Source of the DNA: a virus
Taxonomy: Duplodnaviria > Heunggongvirae > Uroviricota > Caudoviricetes
Strand: one strand, 5' to 3'
Virus record (IMG/VR): IMGVR_UViG_3300012942_000033
Coordinates: 99,512 to 125,232 of that record
DNA: 25,721 nt
Below, in pieces: positions 6,973 to 16,003 of this stretch (within the stretch, counting starts at the first letter, position 1; every line of letters starts with the position of its first letter). The translations under genes and the position numbers were made by a program. The notes under the pieces are model-generated. The model did no database searches. It was not told the DNA's origin and saw nothing but the letters and a program-made list of their open reading frames with translations.

Positions 6973-8694
6973 ATGAAACTCGCCGATAGCCCATTCCAAA
7001 AGGGCCTCTACATGAAGGTTCCTAAGGGCACTCCGCTATTCAGCCGTTGGCATGGTGCGTTGAATGAGGTCACTAACCGCGACGTGATCGTGGAAATCAG
7101 TGATGTCAGGCTCCCCAATCCTAATGATATGCTGACTCAAGGGGAGAAGGATGAACGGCAGAAACGATACGATGAACTACGGGCCCAATTCATCGCGGAG
7201 CGGGAAAAGCTCTGCGTCAAGGTTCATCACCCTGCGGTAACCCATAATCCAGGCACTCCTCGAGCCTTCACGCAACAGGCCTTCGATAGCATGGAGGTTA
7301 CCGAGGAAAACAAACCAGCTCTCGACACCCTTTGGCATCAGAATGATCAGGCCGAGAAAGCCATCACAGCCGAATATAAGGCGCTAGGTGAGTCGCGCTT
7401 TGGGCAGGATGAGGTTCTGGTCAGTTGGAGCAAAGACAGCAAGACTGCCCCTGCCAAGTATCTAGCCCTGGCGGATAAACCCGAGGTTCGCAAGAAGCAG
7501 CCCAAGGTTAACATCCGACAACAGATGGTTCCAAAGTCACGTTGGAAGGTGACCGAGGACAAGGACATCTACTATGGTGCCGAGAACCCTGCGTTCACAC
7601 AAGCTATTGAAGCCTGGCACACAGCGAATCCTCGACCCGGCAATACAGCCACTAATGCCGCCCATGATGCGTGGCACAACGCCCGTAATGCAAACCAAGT
7701 GAACCTCGAGAAGACTCTGGGGACCTATACACCTACACTATACGCGACGATCAAGGCGGGAACGATTTTCGAGGTTACTGGTAAGTTCCTGAGCTATTGG
7801 AGACCATTTGGTTGGGGTGGTCAGCATTATGGTAACATCTGTTCCGCCCTATTCGATGGTGCTAAGAATGACATTGGTCTCGAATACAACCAGATCAAAG
7901 ACATTATCGAACCAGTATCCATTCCAACGGTGAAGGCCTTTGTGCTGCGTCATAAGTCAACTGGTCAGTTTTATGCGAGTTACGAATATAGTGAAAAGAA
8001 GACTGAGCTGGTCAAGGAACAAGCTGGTGCGGATGGTGCCCCAGCTGATCAGGTTCGGTGGATGCGCGGTTGGGAAGCCAATCATGCAAATACGTTCATG
8101 AAGGGGAAGAAGTGGGATAATCTTGGTAAGGCCAAGACCAGCATCCTCATGATGACTGGCTACTATAATGGCCTACCAGGAGCCACTGAAGCCCTCCCCG
8201 AATGGTCGGGTGGTGATGCTACTATGACCGCAGATGACCTCCGCGAATATGAACTCGTGGAGTTTGACAAACTGAGTCGATCAGAGGTCGGAGTGGTCGC
8301 TGAATTTCAGGATTGGTTCGAACGTAGTTGGCAACTGCGCGAGCTTACCATGAAGTATGGCTCATCGGTGCGCCAGGTCTATAAGGCTCTTGAGAAGGCC
8401 AAGATGCTCGACCAGCAGAAGGGTGTAGCTGTATTCACAGTCGTTGATGAAGATGCTCTAGACCTGGTGGGTTATTGGGGTAATCGAACCGCACTCACTG
8501 ATGAGGATAAAGATGAGATCAAACGAGCCCTCTCGAGTGTCAAGGGTAAGTTCAAGCAAGCTGTTGATCATAAGTCGGCAGCGGTATCCTTCCCCGATAA
8601 GGGATCAGCTATGATGTTCAAACTGGCCTATAATGGTAACCTCAAGGTCAGCATCATTGATCTTGAGGATATGAAGGAGACGATTGGTGAGTGA
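6973..8694 (+). CDS. hypothetical protein (573 aa)
   Basis: Long ORF, AGGAG RBS, TTGAAA-n17-TACGTT promoter near 6922; no family recognised. Confidence 0.88.
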   Translation: MKLADSPFQKGLYMKVPKGTPLFSRWHGALNEVTNRDVIVEISDVRLPNPNDMLTQGEKDERQKRYDELRAQFIAEREKLCVKVHHPAVTHNPGTPRAFTQQAFDSMEVTEENKPALDTLWHQNDQAEKAITAEYKALGESRFGQDEVLVSWSKDSKTAPAKYLALADKPEVRKKQPKVNIRQQMVPKSRWKVTEDKDIYYGAENPAFTQAIEAWHTANPRPGNTATNAAHDAWHNARNANQVNLEKTLGTYTPTLYATIKAGTIFEVTGKFLSYWRPFGWGGQHYGNICSALFDGAKNDIGLEYNQIKDIIEPVSIPTVKAFVLRHKSTGQFYASYEYSEKKTELVKEQAGADGAPADQVRWMRGWEANHANTFMKGKKWDNLGKAKTSILMMTGYYNGLPGATEALPEWSGGDATMTADDLREYELVEFDKLSRSEVGVVAEFQDWFERSWQLRELTMKYGSSVRQVYKALEKAKMLDQQKGVAVFTVVDEDALDLVGYWGNRTALTDEDKDEIKRALSSVKGKFKQAVDHKSAAVSFPDKGSAMMFKLAYNGNLKVSIIDLEDMKETIGE

Positions 8695-9118
8695 TTTTGG
8701 ATTCAACGAACAAGGGCTAGTCATCGCTGGTGAGCTCATGATGGAATGGGACGAGATTGACCAGAGGCGCAATCGCTTCCGTTTCGCCAACAGCGTTCTC
8801 GTCAAGGTCAGTTTCGCCTATGGTCGTGTCTCGAATATTGAGGATGCGGAGATCTATGATCGTGACGAATGGGCGAAGATCAAAAAGGCTCTAGATGGTC
8901 TTGGTGCCAGCTTTTGTGATTTCGCAGGCAAGCATAGCGAAGTCTATTTGGATTTCTGGGATGGTGTTGATCTTGAGGAGATCACAGATATCGACGAGAT
9001 CATAGCCTTCAATAAGGTTCACGGAATGAGTCAATTGGATCTTGGCATTGTGAGCGAAGCCATCTTCCAATGCCAAGAGAATGACGAACTGGATGATGAC
9101 CTCAACCGAATTGGCTAG
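8687..9118 (+). CDS. hypothetical acidic protein
   Basis: GTG at 8687 preceded by AAGGAG; overlaps the upstream stop. Confidence 0.75.
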   Translation: MSDFGFNEQGLVIAGELMMEWDEIDQRRNRFRFANSVLVKVSFAYGRVSNIEDAEIYDRDEWAKIKKALDGLGASFCDFAGKHSEVYLDFWDGVDLEEITDIDEIIAFNKVHGMSQLDLGIVSEAIFQCQENDELDDDLNRIG

Positions 9119-9159
9119 AATGGTAAATATGGGTAGTTAATCCTGCCCTGAGGTCTATC

Positions 9160-9603
9160 ATGCGCGCCAGTGAATTGCTCTTTGAGGATAACCGATCAAC
9201 CATCGAGAAACTCGAAGAGTTGATTGCTCATCAGGGTACCGAAGAAACCATCAGACGAGTAGCACAGACCAAGCTGGCAAACTTACGGGCCAATATGCCC
9301 GTAGAAGCCCGTAGACGTATCACAGTGCCCGTCAATCTTGAAGAAGCAGACCTAGAACAGTATTTCATTCCTGGTATCACTTTGGGCCATCTGTATGACG
9401 GTCTATGTGCTCTTAGCCCTGCTCCTAACCGGATTCAGTTCTTGCGTCAGGGGCAAATCCAGATGATGGTGCCACCACCCTTTATGGGTAAGACCAAACC
9501 TGAGTATGTGGCTGAAATCCAACAGGTATGTCAGGGTTCTCGTTCAGTGACTAGCCGTATGGTCGAGGGTCAGGGCTATTACTTTGTGATCTCCTACCTC
9601 TAA
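9160..9603 (+). CDS. hypothetical protein, candidate internal head protein (N-terminus MRASELLFE)
   Basis: TAAATA at 9124-9129, GAGG RBS, N-terminal M-R-x-x-E-L-x-x-E motif. Confidence 0.7.
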   Translation: MRASELLFEDNRSTIEKLEELIAHQGTEETIRRVAQTKLANLRANMPVEARRRITVPVNLEEADLEQYFIPGITLGHLYDGLCALSPAPNRIQFLRQGQIQMMVPPPFMGKTKPEYVAEIQQVCQGSRSVTSRMVEGQGYYFVISYL

Positions 9604-9662
9604 CTGGTTGACTGATATCCAGATTTGTATATTCTGGATGATCATAACAGAGGAGATCGGAA

Positions 9663-9839
9663 ATGATTCTAGTATTCAGGTTGAACGCCAAGGATTGGGA
9701 CAACATCTTCGAGCTCCTGGATCTAGGAGCCGATTATGATTCCGATGGCTGTTCCAATGCGGCTCGTGATGAAAAGAGCGATCGCGATATCGAGGTAATG
9801 GCTAGCTACCGTAAGCTAAAGGCGGCTCTCGGTAGGTAA
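9663..9839 (+). CDS. small hypothetical protein (58 aa, MILVFRLNAKDWDNIFELLDLG...)
   Basis: Translated manually; AGGAGATCGGAAATG RBS identical to the one at the 10582 gene; own TTGACT promoter at 9608. Confidence 0.75.
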   Translation: MILVFRLNAKDWDNIFELLDLGADYDSDGCSNAARDEKSDRDIEVMASYRKLKAALGR

Positions 9840-9896
9840 CTGGTTGACACTCCAGCTCACCTGTGTTCGTATATAGGTGAAACAAAGGAGAAGCCG

Positions 9897-10523
9897 GTGA
9901 CCAAGTTCGAGAAAAAGCTGCTTACTCTGAGGCAACAGCTCGTTGGTGCGCGTTACCATCACGCACTTGCGGCTCTCGAATTTGCCATCCGTTACCATAC
10001 GGGCCTCCGCAAAGATGGTAAGACACCTGAATTCCAGCATCAAGTCGAGATTGCGCTATTTGCGTTGACTCTCCCCGACCTGATGTATCGCCAGGAAGTC
10101 ATTGCTACCATTGTGCTTCATGATGTGAGGGAGGATTACGGTGTCTCGGATGGTGAGATTCGAGACCTCTTCTTCAAGGATCCTGCGTTTGCCCAAAGGG
10201 TTTGCACGGCGGTCTGGAATATGACCAAGGAGTTCCGGGGCGAGAAGCGCGATGAGAAGGCTCTCTTCGAGGCAATGAGTAAAGATCCTATCGCAAGCAT
10301 CGCCAAAGGTTGTGATCGCATGCATAACCTCCAATCCATGGTTGGCGTCTTTAAGCTCGAGAAACAGCGCGAATACATCCAGGAGGTATTCGACCTCTTC
10401 CTGCCGATGCTGAAGAAGGCCCGTAGGCTTTTCCCCCATCAGGTCAATGCCTATGAGAACATCAAGCACATCCTGACTAGCCAGATTGAATTGATTCAGG
10501 CGGTTCACGAGGCCACCGCCTGA
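9897..10523 (+). CDS. SpoT/Mesh1-type HD-domain hydrolase (small alarmone hydrolase-like)
   Basis: HTGLRKDGKTPEFQH...LHDVRED...KGCDRMHNL matches the RelA/SpoT HD motifs (HxxQxR...PYxxH, HDxxED, KxADRLHN). Confidence 0.8.
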   Translation: MTKFEKKLLTLRQQLVGARYHHALAALEFAIRYHTGLRKDGKTPEFQHQVEIALFALTLPDLMYRQEVIATIVLHDVREDYGVSDGEIRDLFFKDPAFAQRVCTAVWNMTKEFRGEKRDEKALFEAMSKDPIASIAKGCDRMHNLQSMVGVFKLEKQREYIQEVFDLFLPMLKKARRLFPHQVNAYENIKHILTSQIELIQAVHEATA

Positions 10524-10526
10524 ACT

Positions 10527-10556
10527 GGTTGACACCTCACTAGCGTTTGCTAATTT
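10527..10556 (+). promoter_or_regulatory. repeated early promoter GGTTGACACCTCAC
   Basis: 14 nt identical to 15478-15491; -10-like GCTAATTT at 10549-10556. Confidence 0.65.
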
Positions 10557-10581
10557 GGATGAGACAACAAGGAGATCGGAA

Positions 10582-10767
10582 ATGGATTGGCTTAGCAAGG
10601 TTGAAGAACTCGAGGCAGGTGATGCGGCTCAGAAGGCTGTCGCCAAAATCGCTCGGGATATTCAGGATCGACGTGGTATCGGCAATGAATTCGAACAGAT
10701 CGATGATGACATCGTTTGCGGTATGCTTGATGGCTGGGTGGAGATGATTCGTTCCACAAACGTCTAA
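10582..10767 (+). CDS. small hypothetical protein (61 aa)
   Basis: ATG at 10582 after AAGGAG. Confidence 0.75.
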   Translation: MDWLSKVEELEAGDAAQKAVAKIARDIQDRRGIGNEFEQIDDDIVCGMLDGWVEMIRSTNV

Positions 10768-10870
10768 CTCACTAACACCTAGAATATAGACATCTCGGGG
10801 AGCGTCTTCATACAACGGAGACGCTCCAGTCATATCAGCTGAGCCAGATCGAACAAACTGGTAAGGCACT

Positions 10871-11572
10871 ATGACTGAATCTACTGATGATCTTGTTGAT
10901 CTAAGCACCTATACTGGTCGCCGAGAATCTCTTAACTTCTATAGCGCATTGAAGCATGATCCGGTGGCTATCGGTTTCGCAAAGCTCAAGACTGAAATCG
11001 AGACCAAGCTCGCCAACAATGAGCCCATTTACGTTTCATTCACCAGGGATGATCGACGTCAGAATAGTGTGGGCCGGATCAAATCCTGTAACATTCGTTG
11101 GGAAGAGCGCCAGCGGCATCGATCCATGTGGAATCAAAGCTCAGCCTTGGATACCTACATCTACGCTGGTGTTGATAACATTGAAGTAGTCTGGGATGAT
11201 CGCAAGAATAAGGTCAAACCTAGAGCCGGTGAGATCACCTATCTTCCTGATTGGAAGGGCGGCACCCAATGGTATTGGGAACAGACGGTCAGGGAAAAGG
11301 TCGATCCTATCATCGCTTATGATCACCTGGGACAAGAACTCGAGATAGGTCAACACGTTTGTTTCGTTCATCGTCAATATGGCCATACGTCGATGAAGTT
11401 TGGCACGGTGACTCGGTTCACCCCCAAGGGTAGCGTCTTTGTCAAGACTATGAAACTCAGGGATGGTCAGAGGTCTGGTGAAGAGCTTAAAGCCCTTTCA
11501 ATGGATGATGTGGTGATTGTCAATGATGCTCTGATGAAGCGCCTGACTCTAGCTAAGCTGAAGGCCAATTGA
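10871..11572 (+). CDS. hypothetical protein with a C-terminal KOW/SH3-like segment; paralog of the next gene
   Basis: DHLGQELEIGQHV...FGTVTRFTPKGSVFVK; colinear similarity to 11575..12291. Confidence 0.8.
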   Translation: MTESTDDLVDLSTYTGRRESLNFYSALKHDPVAIGFAKLKTEIETKLANNEPIYVSFTRDDRRQNSVGRIKSCNIRWEERQRHRSMWNQSSALDTYIYAGVDNIEVVWDDRKNKVKPRAGEITYLPDWKGGTQWYWEQTVREKVDPIIAYDHLGQELEIGQHVCFVHRQYGHTSMKFGTVTRFTPKGSVFVKTMKLRDGQRSGEELKALSMDDVVIVNDALMKRLTLAKLKAN

Positions 11573-11574
11573 TC

Positions 11575-12291
11575 ATGGCTTTGCCAATTCCTCTTTCACG
11601 TTCTCAGTGGCGAACCAGCATCCCCATTCCTAGCAACTGGCAGGATGAAATGGCTGAAATGGTCAAAGCCTATATCAGAGGCGAACCCATTTTCGTTATG
11701 TTTGATTCTACCGGTGATGCCAGGAGAATCGGTTCGATTGGCCGTTTTCATATCAGCTCTGATTGTATGCAGAACCTCCTCCATGGCCAATACCACTACT
11801 ACTCCTCTAATCGTAATCCAAGGGTTCCTATCAAACCTGATGAGTCTCTGATCACACCAGCTACTTTCAAGTCAGTGGCTCTTGAAGGTTATGTGAAGTG
11901 GGATGGTAGATCCAACAAGGTTACAGTCTATTCAGGTTCCTCGGTAATCTGGTTGAAAGGCTATGATGCGTCTAGGGGTACTGAGTGGAAGTGGGCCAAG
12001 CCTGATGATCCTCCTGCTACGGTTCCAAAGGATAAGCTAGGTCGAGAGATACAGAAGGGCGACTTCATCTCCTACATCCTCTACCACTTTGATAATCGGT
12101 ATAATGCCGCGGGTATCTACTACGGCAAGGTCACCAAGATTGAGAATGATGGAACGGTCTGGGCCAAGAACATCAAGCTATCCGAGAAAGACCTAGTGGA
12201 TGACAAACGAATCAAAGATAACAGCCTGATCGTCATCATGAGCAAGGATCTCATGGATAAACTCATGATGGCTCGGCTCTCCATCTTATGA
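11575..12291 (+). CDS. hypothetical protein with a C-terminal KOW/SH3-like segment; paralog of the previous gene
   Basis: DKLGREIQKGDFI...YGKVTKIENDGTVWAK; ATG at 11575 (track start 11569 is TTG). Confidence 0.8.
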   Translation: MALPIPLSRSQWRTSIPIPSNWQDEMAEMVKAYIRGEPIFVMFDSTGDARRIGSIGRFHISSDCMQNLLHGQYHYYSSNRNPRVPIKPDESLITPATFKSVALEGYVKWDGRSNKVTVYSGSSVIWLKGYDASRGTEWKWAKPDDPPATVPKDKLGREIQKGDFISYILYHFDNRYNAAGIYYGKVTKIENDGTVWAKNIKLSEKDLVDDKRIKDNSLIVIMSKDLMDKLMMARLSIL

Positions 12292-12303
12292 CGGATTGAG
12301 ATC

Positions 12304-12771
12304 ATGAACGAGCTTCACTTTCCGCTACGGGTTCTTGAGAATGACGATGGTACGGTCACCCTTTTGGTGAAGCATCAGGATGTCACATCTTGGGGTCAGC
12401 ATAAGCAGACCCTATTGGCTCAGACGGATAAGACTCGCGCCTTCTGTAACTGGATCCGCAAGCAATACCCTCACATACCTACTGAGTTTCGATATCTGGC
12501 TAAGAAGCAAATCAGGGATTATCGCAGTCGATGGTGCACTCGTTACCGAACGGTCAACACGGATAAGCATTTCGTAGCCTATCACATGGCTAAGAATGAA
12601 CTCTTGATGATCAAGTTGGCTTGGAGTTTCACAACGCAGAGGGCTGAGTATGGTGGTGAATCATCACAAACGCCTGGCGCCTATTTGGTAGAACTGGATA
12701 AACTAGAGCCCACACCAGCTCTAATTGAACGATTGGCTAAGAAGATCAAAGCCAAGCCGGTGAAGCTATGA
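12304..12771 (+). CDS. hypothetical protein; paralog of 12768..13208
   Basis: Shared blocks TEFR, HFVAY, KLA(W/K), P(T/S)PAxIER. Confidence 0.8.
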   Translation: MNELHFPLRVLENDDGTVTLLVKHQDVTSWGQHKQTLLAQTDKTRAFCNWIRKQYPHIPTEFRYLAKKQIRDYRSRWCTRYRTVNTDKHFVAYHMAKNELLMIKLAWSFTTQRAEYGGESSQTPGAYLVELDKLEPTPALIERLAKKIKAKPVKL

Positions 12772-13208
12772 ATGAGATTAACGATCTTGCGTTTAGTTTG
12801 AAGTATGTCAGGAATCCAAATGGCAACTACACCCTGCTGATTAGCCATCCTAATGGCACTCCGAATCGTCGTTATGGTAGGAGTGAATATGTCGATAGGG
12901 TGATAACCAATAGGGAACGAACTCGTGAGTTTGTGAAATGGTTCCGTAAATCATTCAAACACATTGTGACAGAGTTTCGAGGGCTCGAAACTAGCTACTG
13001 GTATGATACTATGCGCCATTTTGTGGCCTATGAGGTGCCACCCAAGGATTTCATGCTCCTTAAATTGGCCAAAGAGACTGAGATGAAAGAACTGGCTATT
13101 GGCTACCAATCCAATGGTCGGCTAGGCTATGATTTCATCTATGATCGCCATATCACACCCTCCCCTGCCTACATCGAACGACAGCAGAAGAAAGCCCAGG
13201 CCGCGTAA
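12768..13208 (+). CDS. hypothetical protein; paralog of 12304..12771
   Basis: ATGA overlap; shared blocks as above. Confidence 0.8.
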   Translation: MNEINDLAFSLKYVRNPNGNYTLLISHPNGTPNRRYGRSEYVDRVITNRERTREFVKWFRKSFKHIVTEFRGLETSYWYDTMRHFVAYEVPPKDFMLLKLAKETEMKELAIGYQSNGRLGYDFIYDRHITPSPAYIERQQKKAQAA

Positions 13209-13281
13209 TTTTATTGCGTTGAATGTGCTTGATAGGAAGACGGCAATCTGCTTTTATGCTGTTGTTCATTAGGAGGATGGA

Positions 13282-13644
13282 ATGGCAGAACCTCAGCATC
13301 CAACAATCGTTGACGCAATAGAGAGCAGGCTTCAAGTCTGCTTTCGCTATCATAGCGAGAACTCCTCGACCGATGAACCGACTGAACGGATCGTCGAACC
13401 TTGGATCTACGGCTGTAAGAACGGTAAGGAATCGCTATATGGTTATCAGGTCAGTGGTGGCTCGCCTGGGATGAAGAGGTTTGATATGCGACGAGTCAAG
13501 CACGTTAGCCTGACTGGAGAGCATATTGAGAACCACCCTCCGGAGGAAGCCAATGTGACCAAATGGGATGCCATCTGGGCATCGCATGGTTCTGGCCCGA
13601 TCCTCGAGGTGGTTTCGAAACCATCGGATGCCATAGCAGCTTAA
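13282..13644 (+). CDS. stand-alone WYL-domain protein
   Basis: IVDAIESRLQVCFRY...ERIVEPWIYG...SLYGYQ...MKRFDMRRV matches the WYL pattern (AIxxxxxxxFxY...RxVxP...WYL...RxFRxDRI); AGGAGG RBS. Confidence 0.75.
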   Translation: MAEPQHPTIVDAIESRLQVCFRYHSENSSTDEPTERIVEPWIYGCKNGKESLYGYQVSGGSPGMKRFDMRRVKHVSLTGEHIENHPPEEANVTKWDAIWASHGSGPILEVVSKPSDAIAA

Positions 13645-13663
13645 AGCTAGCTTGGCGCAAGGC

Positions 13664-13693
13664 AAATGGGGAGGAGTTGGGTCCTCCCCATTT
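13664..13693. terminator. bidirectional-type intrinsic terminator
   Basis: 12-bp stem AAATGGGGAGGA / TCCTCCCCATTT. Confidence 0.8.
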
Positions 13694-13730
13694 GTTTGAC
13701 AGACTCACCACTCTGTCGTAATGCGGTAGA

Positions 13731-14078
13731 ATGACAATCAGCTTTAGCCTTCATCTGCCCAACCGTATTGGTCAGCGCGGTACCAGACGTTTTCCTTGGT
13801 TCTCCAAATACTGGCGTGGCCGGATCAGTGAGAACAAGAGTTGGGAGGTTCAAACGGATTTCTGGGGATGGGGCAATCTTCTGACCTTTGATCTGGATAT
13901 CTCGTGGAGTCATCGCGACCACGCGGGTCTCCATCTGGAGTTCTGTCTCCTGGGATTTGGCATCTACATTGATGCCAATGATAACCGCCATTGGGATCGT
14001 AAGAACGACACCTGGGAGAAATACGACGAGGAGTCGATGAAGGCCGATGATCTAGTCAAAAGCAAGCCAGATGTGTGA
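13731..14078 (+). CDS. hypothetical Trp-rich protein, probably leaderless
   Basis: TTGACA (13696) n17 TAATGC, ATG 6 nt later, no SD. Confidence 0.75.
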   Translation: MTISFSLHLPNRIGQRGTRRFPWFSKYWRGRISENKSWEVQTDFWGWGNLLTFDLDISWSHRDHAGLHLEFCLLGFGIYIDANDNRHWDRKNDTWEKYDEESMKADDLVKSKPDV

Positions 14079-14598
14079 TCAATGCCTGACTGATCCATTG
14101 AGCTTCGGTGAACCGATGCCAGGTTGGATTCTCATGCGAGCTCGCCGTGGTTGTGCTGGATGGAAGCAAGGCGATTGGGGCCTCGTACAGTGTAACGATC
14201 CTACATTTACTTGGAGCCTCACACCCACTCCTAGCCCACTTTGGGGTATGACTGACGATCAAGAAGACGAGTGGTTCGAGAAGGCGGCAAAAGATTCACC
14301 TGAATACCTGCGTGAATTCAAGCTCATCCTCTCCGATGAGTTCAATGCTTATGAGAAAGCGTTTACTTGCGATCCTCGAACTGGATATGAACTGGTCGGT
14401 GCTTTGAAAGAGGTGGGTTACGACCCTGGTAAGGATGGCTTCGTGGCTCATTGGTTATTCGACTATCTTGGTGAATGGTTGAAGACCGCGCCTATGGAAG
14501 AGGATGGTGACGCCTTCCCCCAACTAGAGGCTACCAATCCAAGCGATAAGACGATTGGCCGGGATCCTCTTCCAGGAGAACCTCACTATGTTGGTTGA
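14071..14598 (+). CDS. hypothetical protein (N-terminal CxxC)
   Basis: 175 aa ORF overlapping both neighbours, operon-like. Confidence 0.75.
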   Translation: MCDQCLTDPLSFGEPMPGWILMRARRGCAGWKQGDWGLVQCNDPTFTWSLTPTPSPLWGMTDDQEDEWFEKAAKDSPEYLREFKLILSDEFNAYEKAFTCDPRTGYELVGALKEVGYDPGKDGFVAHWLFDYLGEWLKTAPMEEDGDAFPQLEATNPSDKTIGRDPLPGEPHYVG

Positions 14599-15475
14599 AA
14601 TGGCCATTGCTGATGCCTACGCGATAGCCTGGGAATTTACCAAAGATCAGACTGCACCTAACGATCTTTCGGGCTATTACCAACATCCAAGCTATGCCGC
14701 CTTAAAGCCTGGCCAATATACCGATGATACGCAGAGAGCCATCGGCAACTGTTTGGCACTCATAGAGGCAAAGAGCCGGCATGAGCTCTTCAATCCTAGA
14801 ACCTACGCAGACGCTTACATCAAGGCATTCAAGCAGGATCCTAGGGATGGTTATTCACGTGGCTATCAGAAGTTCATAGAGACCGCCCATAGCCCTGATG
14901 ATTTCATCATGGATATCCGTCGTGGTAAAGCGAGTAATGGAGCTCTAATGGGTGTCGCACCCCTGGGCCTTCTCCCCGACATTCAGATGGTCAAATTGGC
15001 ATCTTTGATCCAGGCTATTACCACGCATCATCAGGATGCCGCGATCCACGCTCAGATCGTTGCTCTATCTGTTCACTACCTTGATAATGGAGGGACCAAA
15101 GGCAACCTACGAAACTGGTTGATGAACAATGTGGATTGGCAAGATGGCACGGATCAGGCATATCGTTGGTCTTACCTCGTAGATAGTCACGATCGCGGTC
15201 TTGGCACTAGCATCAAGGCCAGCAGTATCTCGAGCTATATGGTTAGCGCCCTGACCAAGTTCGATACACTCTCGGAGATCATCCTTGATGCTGTGGAACG
15301 TGGTGGTGATACCGATAGTGCGGCAGCGACTACGGTAGCCGTGGCTTCATGTTGCACTGATATAGAGCTGGATCTTCCAACTCACCTTTATGATCAATTG
15401 GATCTAGCCAACCCAGGTTTTGGCCTGGAGTATTTGGGTGATCTGGAGCAGAAAGTGCGTCACACTTTCGGGTAA
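14588..15475 (+). CDS. ADP-ribosylglycohydrolase (ARH/DraG family)
   Basis: AIADAY..., YTDDTQ, SNGALMGVAPLG, GGDTDSAAA metal-binding motifs; ATG at 14588 after AGGAG. Confidence 0.9.
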   Translation: MLVEMAIADAYAIAWEFTKDQTAPNDLSGYYQHPSYAALKPGQYTDDTQRAIGNCLALIEAKSRHELFNPRTYADAYIKAFKQDPRDGYSRGYQKFIETAHSPDDFIMDIRRGKASNGALMGVAPLGLLPDIQMVKLASLIQAITTHHQDAAIHAQIVALSVHYLDNGGTKGNLRNWLMNNVDWQDGTDQAYRWSYLVDSHDRGLGTSIKASSISSYMVSALTKFDTLSEIILDAVERGGDTDSAAATTVAVASCCTDIELDLPTHLYDQLDLANPGFGLEYLGDLEQKVRHTFG

Positions 15476-15477
15476 TA

Positions 15478-15508
15478 GGTTGACACCTCACCGCACCTAA
15501 ACTATGGT
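15478..15508 (+). promoter_or_regulatory. repeated early promoter; leaderless arrangement
   Basis: GGTTGACACCTCAC, TTGACA n17 TATGGT, ATG 6 nt downstream at 15515. Confidence 0.65.
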
Positions 15509-15514
15509 GTGGGT

Positions 15515-16003
15515 ATGGCAAAGATGATCATCCTAATCGGGCCGCCAGCTAGCGGTAAATCGACGTGGCGCGAGAAGTTCCTCGCCACGCAGACCGATGA
15601 ATGGGTGATTGCTTCGACTGATGATCTGGTGGAAGCATGGGCGGCCGAACGTGGTCTTACCTACAACGAAGCGCATCCGAAGGCCCCTTGGGGCGACTTC
15701 AACAAGACGTTCAAGTATGCCGTGCGAAATGCCGTCTCGGCTGGTAAGAACATCATCATCGATCGCACCTCGATGAGCGCAAAGAACCGCAAGGATTACT
15801 TCAAGGATCTCCCCGAAGGGTATGAGGTCGAAGCGGTGGTCTTTGTTGTTCCGCAGCCCGAGTTGGAACGACGGATGAAGGAGCGCTTCGAATCAACAGG
15901 TAAGAGCGTTCCCCATGTAGCGCTGTTGGCCATGAACAAGCGTTACCAGGCCCCCACTAAGGAGGAGGGCTTCCACCAGATCACTTACGTGAAACCGCAA
16001 TGA
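15515..16003 (+). CDS. P-loop kinase (AAA_33 / polynucleotide kinase-like)
   Basis: MIILIGPPASGKSTW Walker A, IIIDRTSMSAKNR, ERRMKER lid motif. Confidence 0.85.
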   Translation: MAKMIILIGPPASGKSTWREKFLATQTDEWVIASTDDLVEAWAAERGLTYNEAHPKAPWGDFNKTFKYAVRNAVSAGKNIIIDRTSMSAKNRKDYFKDLPEGYEVEAVVFVVPQPELERRMKERFESTGKSVPHVALLAMNKRYQAPTKEEGFHQITYVKPQ

